Assembly (NCBI GenBank): GCA_017427405.1
Contig: JAFRSV010000007.1
Coordinates: 5 to 64,004, forward strand
DNA length: 64,000 nt
Direction: 5' to 3'
Source: Alphaproteobacteria bacterium
GTDB taxonomy: Bacteria > Pseudomonadota > Alphaproteobacteria > Rs-D84
The notes below the pieces were generated by a model. The model had not been told where the DNA came from. It made no database searches and was given only the letters and a program-made list of their open reading frames with translations. Position 1 is the first letter of the stretch, and the number at the start of each line of letters is the position of its first letter. The position numbers and the translations under genes are program-made. Below, one piece after another: positions 16,201 through 28,200 of the stretch.

Positions 16201-19200
16201 AAGGTTTGTCGGATATTATACCGCGGATGGAACATCAAGTGGTGAATGGGGAACCCAGGTGGTTGATGAGAACGGAACAATACAGGTTAATGGCATTGTT
16301 AATGTCGCGAATATGGTTGCGTCGCTTAGTAATTGGACACTTTATGCACAATATGGTGAGGCAATTACACCGCCGTCCAATTCGAATGATTATTTTGCGG
16401 TGACAACTACGGCTTTGGCCGCCGGGGACACGTTTAAGTTTGGAATGAGCGCCGCTGGGAGTTTCTATGTTGATTGGGGTGACGGAACGGTTGTACCTAT
16501 TGTGCGTGATAATACAAATCCAACGGTTTATTCGCATACATATTCTACGAGTGGTTCAAAGGTAATTAAAATTTGGGGTGGTGCAACAGGTTATCTTTAT
16601 AGTTATGGTACACCGTATCCTGTGATATGGTTTAGTGATGATGTGGGTGGTGGAAATCTTGCCACAACCCCAACATTGGTTTATGGAATATCTGGGTCGC
16701 TTGGGGCGATTTTCCCGACACTTGGTAATGGTGGAAGTGGAAATGTTCCCGGATTTCAGCATACGTTTAGTGGTTGTACAAATTTAACAGGTTCCATTCC
16801 GGAAAATTTGTTCGGTTATGTGTCAGATGGAAGTTATATTGGTGTTACTGGTTCTGTTACGCAAATGTTTTTTCAAACATTCGGAGGTACAGAATTGAAT
16901 GGCGCGATACCGGAAACTTTGTTTGGTCGCATGGTTAATGGAACTTATTATGGTGTGACGGGTGCCGCCTCGTTTATGTTTAGTGGTATTTTTGGTAATA
17001 CAAACATAACATCTATACCAGCTGGATTGTTTAGCGGTGTTTCTGGGGCGGCAGAAGGTATGTTTTATTCTACTTTTGCTAATACAAACATAACATCTAT
17101 ACCAGCTGGATTGTTTGGTGGTATATCCGGTGCGGCACCACTTATGTTTGGCTATACATTCGCAGGCAGCGGATTGGCAGGTGACAATGCGATACCAGCC
17201 ACGTTATTTAGTGGCGTGACGGGTGCCGCCGGGCACATGTTTGAGGCCACCTTTCAAGACTGTTCTGATTTGACATCCGTGCCGGGAACGTTGTTCAGCG
17301 GTGTTTCTGGGGCGGCAGAAGGTATGTTTACAAATACCTTCATTTTTACGGGTTTGACTTCGTTGCCAAGTGGATTGTTTAGTGGTGTAACAGGAACGGC
17401 GGATGGGTTGTTTGCCGCTACATTTGCGAACAGTACTGGTGGCCTTGCCGGTAAATATATACCAAAGGATTTATTCAACCTTAATCTTAATGGTTTAACG
17501 TATGATGCAAGCAATGGTATGATGGCCAATATATTCGCTGGTACGGGGCTTATCACGGATTGTGCCGATGTTAATTTGACGCATTATCCGACGGATTATG
17601 ATGATTCCTATTGGGAAGGGAAGAAGATTTGTGCGCCGGCGGTAACGTTTAGTTGCGAAAATCCAACACTGGGGGGTGATGGGACGCCAAGTCCGAATGA
17701 AATATGGGTAGATCAGATTACGGGTTCGACCACCCTGCCCGCTACAACCAATTGTGTAGCCCCGGCACATTATACTAGCACAAATTATTGGGTTTGTGAT
17801 GGAAATAGTAATTGTAGTGGGAATCCTGGGTATTGGGAAGGTGGAACAACAAGGCCGGATTGGTTGCGAAATCTAACGCAAAATGTCAATTTTTATGTGG
17901 TATATACGCCACAACAGTATACGATGACGTTATATCAAAATCATGATGCAAATGATAATGTTACCGTTGGGACAATTACGGAGACATATAATACCTCTTG
18001 GTCGCCAAGCACGGCGCCAGTGCCACAATGGACAGAGCATACATTTTCCGGTTATTATACCGCTCGTGAAGGCGGTGTTCAAATGACCGATGGAAATGGA
18101 AACTTTATGAACGATGCTGCGACATTTACGGTTGATTCGTCAATGCCTTGGTATGCGCATTGGGGGGTTGATAATGGGCCGTTTACGGTGACGTTTGGGT
18201 ACGGTGATAATGGAAGTTGGGCAAGCGGTGTTACGCCATCTTCATTTACACCACAGACTGTTTATTATCAAGATCCACAGCATCTGTTGACTGTTCCGGC
18301 GGGTAGTGTTTGCACCCATAATCCGCAAAGTACCAGTGCCGGTTACATAAATTCGGCTTGGAGTTGTCATTATGAACATGATCCTGTTCATGGTTTTGTG
18401 CTTGGTGGAATTAATAATCAATATACGGTTCAGTATAGTTCGCGCGATAGTGCAAACTGTGTCCCGCATTGGCAACCGGTGGAAACCACGATTACATTGG
18501 ACCCACAGTTGGGAAGTGCCGGGACGTATGATCCGTGGAATACTGGGGGTGGGACTGATACCATATATACCCGGTATGATGTTGGTGCTTTTCTTGATGC
18601 GGATCGGACGCAACAGATGGGTGCCAATCAAAATGGGCTGCCTAGCTTGCCGGGCAAGTCTGTGTTGATGATATTTGATTTGAATGCTGATGATGCCGTA
18701 CTTGCGGTTGGAACGTCGCAATACAAAAACCTTGGAACATATCCTTCGTTAACTGCGCTACAAAATGCGTATCCAACCGCACAAAGTGGTAACTATGCAT
18801 TTGTTGGGAATCAGTATTATATTTGGTCAGGTACCGGGACAAATCCTGGATGGTATCAGTTTGATTGGCCGGTGCCCCCGTTTTACAGTGTGGTGAATGT
18901 TCTACCGTTTAAAGGATATTATCCCACCGTTAGTGGCGGAAACCGATATATATCTCCTAGTGGTTTGCTTGAGACCGCTGGCAACAACGCGGCGACACAA
19001 AGTACGAGCAATTCAACGTGGCACGCCCAGTGGCAAGCGGTTAATCCCAAGAAAAGTAGTTTCGATTTGCAAAATTTAAGCGATGGTTTGAATTCTCTGG
19101 TGCCGACGCGTGCAGGCAAGGTTTTTGCCGGTTGGTGGACGGAGGCCAGTGGTGGACAACAGGTTACCCAAGCTGAAAATGGAAATTTAATTTTGGGTGG

Positions 19201-22200
19201 TGACGAAAACTTGTCTTTGACGCAAAATATTACGTTGTATGCGCATTGGACAGAATGCGAACACACCCTGCCCGCGGGTTCTCATTCAAGCATGCAAGGC
19301 ATATCGTCGCAGCAGCCCGGATATTGCAGTTATCATATTACATGTGATGCGGCTGGATACGGATATAGCCAACATGGGGGAAATGATACAACGGGCGAAT
19401 TTAATGTGTCGGTTTCGGGAACCACTGGGACTTTGGAGGGGGGTAACTGTTATCCACGTGTGTATAGCATAGATTACGGTAATCTGGCGAACCATAACGC
19501 AACCATGCCGGAAAACGCCCCAGAACAGTATACGTATGGTGCCGAAACAGAAATTAATGCGAATAATGCCACGCCAACCTCCCCGACCGATGTGTTTGAA
19601 TCTTGGTGCTGGGACGCGGCGGGAACCGATCATTGTAATACAACCCAAACAATAAGCAACACCGCATACGGTAATAAAGTATATTATGCGAAATGGAGTG
19701 ATGCATGTCAGCCGGGGTATACAAGGTATAATTATGAAACTCTTAGTCATTTGATGTTTGATGATGATGGTGGTTATACATGGAATACGGCTGATAATGT
19801 ACAGGCTGTTGCGGGGGCGAATACCTGTGTTCCGATTCGCTATCACGTGAATTGTGATAAAAATTGCGACGGTGATACATGTGCCGCATGTTTGGAAGAT
19901 TTTTATATGTCGTGTAGACCAGATGCAGGAAGCGGCGCCGGTGCTGCTGGTTTGGGTGGCAATTGGCATTTTGGTGGCGGGTATAATGTTCTGGATTTTG
20001 GGACCGTCCCACCGGCTACTGGTCACTGGAGGTTATTCGATGGTGGTTTTGGTCCGGTGATTGCCAATAGCAGTAATACATGGACGGATTTGACGGGTAG
20101 CGGTTGGGATAATGTGTCAAGATTGGGGCGTGTTGAATATGGGTATAATGTTTGTATACAATCAGAAGGGGGCTTGCAACGGATTTTTCATAGAATGTAT
20201 CCAGTTTATAGCGGCGGTACGCCACGCATTACTACGGGTAATTATAACTATTTTATGGAATCTTTGTCAGGCGATGCGCATAATACAAGTACCGTTTTTG
20301 GACGCGACCATTATACATTTGACGGTTTGTGGACGGCGGCCGATGGTGGAATTCAGTATATTGATGGAAATGGCAATTTGCCGGGGTATGATTATTTGCC
20401 ATGGTCAAATGCGTTTATGATAGAAGGGTTCAATGATAGCACTTCTATTAGGAGTGCAGCACGGCAATTCCAAAACTTCTTCTTTGATAATCAGATTCAG
20501 CCGTCATCTACGTCACCATATACATTTGATGTCTATGCGCACTGGATACCGGATGTGTATAGTGTACAATTGATGAAAAATGACGGTACCAATACACAGG
20601 TTGGGAATATATATGAAGAATACGGTAATGGTTGGGCCATAAATGAAAGTGGGCCGTTTGATCCAGATTTACAATTATCGGGCGGAAATTTGCCATCGCG
20701 TTCTGGGTATACCTTTGCAGGTTATTATACACAGGCCGAAGGTGGTGATTTGGTTGGAAGTTTTTCGAATGGGGTTTGGACTTTACCGACGAATACTAAA
20801 TACCTTACACAAGATGGTGGAAAATGGTATGCACATTGGACACCAGAAGAGCATGAGGTTACATTGGACAGAAACTTAGGAAATGCAACGGGAACAAATG
20901 GTTCGACCAAAGTGTATACAAAATATGCAACGGGTGTTTATAAGAATTCGAATCGGACACAAAAGATGACGTCGAATCCGAATGGCACAAATCCGATAAC
21001 TTTGCCGACACGTAAGTATGTTATTACATATAATCCAAATTATACCGGGGGGTCGACATGGACATCTGACGTATCGTCCACATTTAATGGGTATTATAGT
21101 TCGACAACGGGCGGAACACCATACATCGATAATACAGGTTATATAACACCAACCGGTGATTCCACCGCCCAAGGTTATACGAATGATGATCAGATATGGC
21201 ATGCACAATGGACAAATGGTTGGCATGATTTACTTTTGGCGCATCGTAATGGGTATTTCATGGATGGGTGGTATGATGCGGCGGAAAATGGAAACAAGGT
21301 TGGGGAATATATGGGAACAATTACCCCGACGTCTAATATGACGTTGTATGCACACTGGACGGCCTGTGGTTGGACCGCGGGGGACCACAGTACCGCCCAA
21401 TATGTTAATCCAGTAGAAACGGATGGCAATGTATGTAAGTATCATATTACGTGCGAGTCGGGTTATACACATAATGGAGATTCACAGTTTGATGAAATAA
21501 AATCTTCAGCAAGTGGAACTTTGCCGGGATGCAGTGCGAATGAGTATACAATTACATACTATGATAATCCGGCGTACGGGACGACGGATCCGTTGAATAC
21601 GCAGGGTTATACATATAATTCAAGTGGAACCGTAACACTTTGGACACCGGGCGCGGATATTTTGGCGGCGCATCATGCATCGTCGGTTACGTGGTGCACG
21701 AATTTGAATGATGACACGACCTGTGTAAATGCCGGAGGCGCGATTTCGGCAAACAGTGGCAATATGATATTATATGCCAAATGGACCTGTGCAACGGGGT
21801 ATACGACGTATGGATACTTTACCCAAGCTATACAATATGACGATGGTCATCATGATTTTTCCCCAGGGATGTGTGCACCAATCCGTTATCGGGTAATATG
21901 TAACAGAAATTGTCCGGCTACCGACCAGAATTGTACCGCGTGTTTGGAAGATTTTAATATGCCGGACAACCAAGGAAGTGGTTATAGTTGGGGAAATTCT
22001 TATAATTCTGTGTCCATATTTTATACAGAGTTTAATATTGGCCTTCTTCCGATTCCTGTTAAGTTGGTGTCATATACACCGGTTTGGCCGTCAAACTTTA
22101 CCCAAAATCCAGACTATGAAACGATTGGGATTGGCCCAACTTGGCCAGATTCTTTAATAGATGATGTTAATGGACCAAACAGCCTGTGGGAGGCTTGGCG

Positions 22201-25200
22201 GGAAGATAAAAATTACAAAACGTTTATGGAAGAATTGGCCAGTAAATCATATAATAGCAATATAAATTTTGGTGCGGTGCATTATGATTTCGATGGTTTG
22301 TGGACGGCGGCCAATGGCGGGGAACAATATATTCGTGCAGATGGATTGTCGCCAACGGGTGGCGGTGCCTTTGATACCCAGGAAATGTCAACATTCTTTA
22401 CGTCCGATACAAATGTTTATGCCCATTGGACACCAAAGAAATATGAGGTTGTCTTGGACAAGAACGCATCCGATGCGGTGGCTGGGAACGTTGTGAAACT
22501 CTGGGAAAAATGGAACGATGGTTGGGCACTGACGCAAGATGGTACGTATAATTCCGCACAAACATTGTCCGGGAATCAATTGCCGACACGGACCGGTTAT
22601 ACCTTTGCGGGGTATTTTGATACCAATGCGGAAACCGGTGGAAATGCGATGGGTTCGGTATCAAACGGTGTGTGGACAACACCGTCGGCGACCGCGACTG
22701 ATGTAAATCCGACAAGATGGTATGCACGTTGGACACCGAATCAATATACGGTCACATATGATTGTGGTATTGGATCCGGGAATGGATCGACCGATAATAC
22801 ACCAAGATATGGTCAGCCATATACCCCGAAAACATACGTGGCGGCGGTTTGCGAACGACCGTCAAATGGGTATTATTTCAATGGTTGGAATGTAACGCCG
22901 GGTCATAGCAACAGTGATATAAAAAATGCGGGCGAGGCGTTTAATTGGGATTATACCGAAAATCAAACCTTTACCGCACGTTGGGTCGCCAAGGAATATC
23001 ATATAACGTTTAATAAAAATGGTGGCAGTGACGGAACCGACGAGGTTTGGGAACGTTATGATAGCTTTTGGCACGATGCAGGTCAGAACCATATTATAAC
23101 GATAACTTTGCCGAATTGGTCGGGGCATACATTTGCGGGCTATGCGTTTAATGGGAATACCGTTATATCGGAAACCACCCTGCCCGAGCCGACGTTTGGT
23201 TTTGGGGATACAAGCAATAATTCGACGGTTGATATTACCCTTGTTGCACAGTGGGATACGAATACATACAATGTGCGGTATAATCTTGGCGGCGGAACAA
23301 CAACTTTGCCGGTTGGATATGTGCCAGTTGAATATATAACATTTGAATATATAACATTCACCGGAACCCAGGTTATTGATACAGGGTTAAAGATTAAGAA
23401 AGGATATGAAATTCAAACGAAGTTTTATCCTACGGATACAGGTAAATATGTATATGGTGCCTTGTCGTCGGATAATTCAAAAACTGTTTCGGGTTATGTG
23501 TCGACCGCGGGTGGTGATTGGCGTTGGGGTAACAAGGCGATATCTAAGACGATGAGTTTGAATAGTGCCTATACCATTGTGCAAAATGCCAGTGCATTGA
23601 CGGTTAACGGTGTTCCGGTTGCATATGGAACGCAAGATAATTTTGAAACGGGGGTCACGCTTTCAATTGGTAAGGCGCATAGTGCATCTGGGGGAACTAA
23701 CTATGATACATCCGGATTCAAGGGCAGAATGTATTGGTTCACAATAAGGGACGATAATGGAAATGTTGTGTATCATGGTGTCCCAGTTAAGAATACCGCA
23801 AATAATCAATATGGTTTGTGCAATATCATAGATGGGACATGTTTGACCGCGTCTGGAATTAATGGGGCAACGGCGACATTACCGGCGACTTATAACTATG
23901 GAACGGCGACAACCGTGTCGGGTGCGGCTGCGCGTGCAAATAGTGTATTTAATTCATGGTGCAGTAGTCCGTCATCAAATTGTAATAGCGCACAGACCAT
24001 ACCAGCCACGGCTACAGGTAACAAAACGTTCTATGCTAAGTGGACCTGTGATGCCGGGTATTCATATTCATCCGGGGGGGCTTGTGTGGCGAACAACATT
24101 ACATTGGATTGGAATGAAAATGGTGGTATTGGGCTTACAAATGGTTCGTGTACATATAATGGTGATTTGACATTGGGTGTTGCGCCGACATATGCGGATC
24201 ATGTGTTTAATGGTTGGAAATTGGCGAATAATACCTATGGTGGGGCAAGCACGACCGTAAATGGTGGATGTGTTCAGACATATACTGGTGTTACATCTGG
24301 GACCAGTACCGCGATTACGGCACAGTGGTGCAATGCATGTAATCCGACAAATGCAACATGCGAATTGAATGCGACCGCGCAACTTGGGACATGTACATAT
24401 ACGACGAGTTGCAATACCGGATATCACCTTAGCCCTGATTCGCAGTTGAATGTGTATAACACGGTTTGTATCCCGTATACGATAACCTATCAATCTGATG
24501 GTCATGGTGATGGCGCAACAGACGATGTCCTTTATAATAGTACATTTACGACCAATGATGCCAAGAATTCATCGCAATTTAATTGGGATAATCATATTGT
24601 GACGGCGTGGACAACCGTTTCAGGTGGCAGTTTCCCGGATGTCGGTGGGTCGTATACATATAATGTTCAAAGTGATACGGTGTTAAAGGCAAACTGGGGC
24701 GAATGTCATTGTACCTTGGGCGATTATGTGACAAATTGTGTGACAACATCATTGAACAATGCCTGTGAAGTGAGCGAGGTTGAGTGTGAGACCGGACATT
24801 CGGGTGGAACCGGCAGTTGTGAGGGATTAGAGTGCACATCGACGTGTGGTGAAAGCTATACGCATATGATCAGGTTAAGACCGAGTCCGGCGACTGATGG
24901 AACAAGGGTGCTTTATGCAATTGATACAAATGGTGGCACAGATGCCGGCGTTTATCTTGATGCGGCACATCAACAACGTATGACGGAAAACGACAATCAC
25001 ATTACATTGCCTACGCCGGTCACACGTACGGTTACATATGATAAAAATGCGAATGATGCGGTTTTGGTTGGCAATACAACCGCCCAAACGTCCGCCACAT
25101 TTAATGGTTATTATAATTCAACAAGCGGAACTGAGCAGTATATTGCCGCCACAGGGTATATAACTTCTGAGGGAATTACAGAAGGAACAGAGGCGGCAAA

Positions 25201-28200
25201 CCATTTGTGGTATGCCCAATGGACAAATGGGACTGTTGTGTTGCCTTGTGTATATCGACCGGGGTATAAGTTCTTGGGTTGGTTTACTGCCACCGGAACC
25301 ACACCTGTGGGACAATGTGGTGATACATATTCTGTATCCGCCAGTCCAACACTTTATGCACATTGGGAACTGTGCGCGGATGGCGAATATTGTCCGGGGG
25401 TTGAAACGGTGAATAATCAGACGGTTTATAACGCGGTTCATGATTGCCCGGAAAACTATCCAAATAGTGCCGCAGGCAGCACAATAATAAGTGATTGCTA
25501 TTTGGTATTAACGCCGGGTAAATGGGTTGAAACGGCCGGTGCGGGTATGGTTGATTGTACAGAAAATTATTATTGCGATGATAATACAACCAAGGTTTAT
25601 TATTCTGGGGATGGGCGCAGAACGACCGGTATTCGTAAGTCGTGTGCGGCGAATGCAGGCAGTTTTAGCATGTCAAGCGCGGCCTCAGACGAGATAGGCG
25701 ATTGTTATAAAAATGTCACATTAAATAAACGTGGCGGCAGCGGAACCCTGGGGGGCGCGTCCGGTACGGCTAACGGTTCGAAAGAGTGTTACTATGGACA
25801 AAATTGCACATTGCCGGATGCGACCGTGTTGCAATTGGTGGGGCATACGTTCCATGGTGGGTGGAGTCAGACCGACGAAGATTGCAATGGGACAACGCGC
25901 GTATTTGTTGTGCCGGATGATGTTGATACATACTATGCATGCCGGACGACGAATAGTTATACCGTGACATTAAAGGATGGTCAAAATACGGGCGTTACAT
26001 TTGCAACCGTGAATGTGAACTATGGTGACCCGATGCCAAATGTTGACAGTAATGGTAATTCTTTGGTCGTGCCAACACACACACCGATATCGCCGAATAC
26101 AACGCATGTGTTCCAGGGATATTTTAGCACCAGCGGACAATCAAGTGGTAGTGGAACGCTATATTATAATGCGAATTTAACAAGTGCACGTAATTGGACC
26201 ACAGAAAATGATGGAACATTATATGCAAAATGGTACATGAAGTGCGATCCGGGTTATTATTTGCCGGCCGGAAGTTATGCTTGTGCACTTTGTCCGGCGG
26301 GTCGGTATTGTGTTGGTGGATCGGCGTTTGCGTATAGTTCCTCAACGGACAAAGGATTAAGTGGATATATTGCGGCGGGGTATTACAGCACTGGTGGGGC
26401 ATCAACGTCAAAGCCATCTGGGCATGTGACCAGTGGCAGTGGATGCTATGGGCAGGTTAATGGTGCAGATACCGCGTGCGGTTTGGTTGCCGGTGGGTAT
26501 TACAGCACCGGTGGTGGAACAAGTGCGACACCGACAGCACCCGACAATGGGTGTTTGAGCGGAAGTGGCCGGAGTTGTGGTGTGTTGGGTGCAAATTATT
26601 ACAGCAATGGTGGTGGAACGAATAGCACAGGGGCGTGTGTAACCGGTCAAACATGTGGTGCGTGTCCGACCAACTATCGGTCCAATAGTGCCACGGGCAA
26701 GACGGCTATTACACAGTGTACGGCGGGATGTTCTGATGGACAATGGATTATGACGGCCGAGGATCCAACCGTGAATAATCCAAGCGCGGAGGGTTGTACC
26801 ACATCGGCCAGTAATTATATATGGAGTAAGGCGCATACGGTTGCATATGGCAGTGCATCGCCGAGTGTTTCCGATCCGAATGAGGGTGGACGGCATTCGT
26901 GCCAGACTCTGTACCGTACACCAACAACCTATAATGCGTCTGATCATGATGACCAATCGGATTGTACGCGAAGCGTGCCATTGTTCAAGAATGGTGGTGC
27001 CACCGTCGATGGTGCGGTATGGCCGGACAATGTGACCGATGATGGTGGCACGGATAATGCGTCCGCCACGTGCGCCGAAGGTGCAACGTGCAATTTTGGT
27101 AACCCGGCGGAATTGCTGGAACAGACCGGCTATACATTCCAGGCAAATTGGGGGACAAACGCTGGTTGTACTTCTACGGTTGGGACATCGGTTACAACGC
27201 CGACCAACCTAAGGTATTATGCATGCAAGACACAAAATAATTATACATTGACATATTCTTGTGGAACCGGGACAGGAACGGCGCCGGCTCAACAGACCAA
27301 CATACATTATGGTGATACGGTTTCGGTTTCGGGCGCGGGCGGTTGTGCCAAGACGGGACATACTTTTGCCGGTTGGGCGGTAAGTGACACATCGGACGTT
27401 ATAACCGCGACCACATGGCCACACGATATTACATGGAATTATGATGGCAGTAAGACCTTTACCGCACAATGGACGGCAAATACGTACAGTATATCTTATG
27501 TTGGAAACGGTGGAACGGTGGCATCGCTGTTGCCGGATGGGTATACCGAATTGGAATATATTCAATCTGATGGAAACCAATATATACGGACTAACTTTAT
27601 CCCAAGTTCTGATTTTAAACATACGATTGTATTTGAAGGGCTTTCGGGAAATTCAAGTACATATATTGCTGGGACAAATTCAGGGGCCGCGGGACGTGCA
27701 GGTAATGTCAGAATTGATGGTAATTATATTAATGCTGTTTATGGTAATAATGCTTCAGATGGTGCCGTGAATCTTGTTAGAAGTTCGGCGGTGGGTTCGG
27801 TGTCGATATTGAATAAAAAATCCGTTTTGGTTTTGGATTTGCATAATAATGCCACAAATTCTATGACATTAAATGGTGTTCAAATTGCAAACACATCTAC
27901 GGCAAGAATAACATCGACGTCGCCTATGAGTTTGTTTGCGTTGAATTCGAGTTATCGTAGCATAATCAGATTATATCGTGATACGATTGAACAAAACGGT
28001 GTATTGGTGCATAATTACGTTCCGGCACAACGTGACGAAGATAATGAAATTGGGCTGTATGATACGGTGACGGGTGAATTCTTTACAAATGCAGGTTTGG
28101 GTTCGTTTGTCGCCGGGGATCCAGTGACAGGTGCATATCCAAATCAATATACATATGGTGTTGGGGCAACGGTGACCGGTGGTGCCGCGCGCGCGAACAG

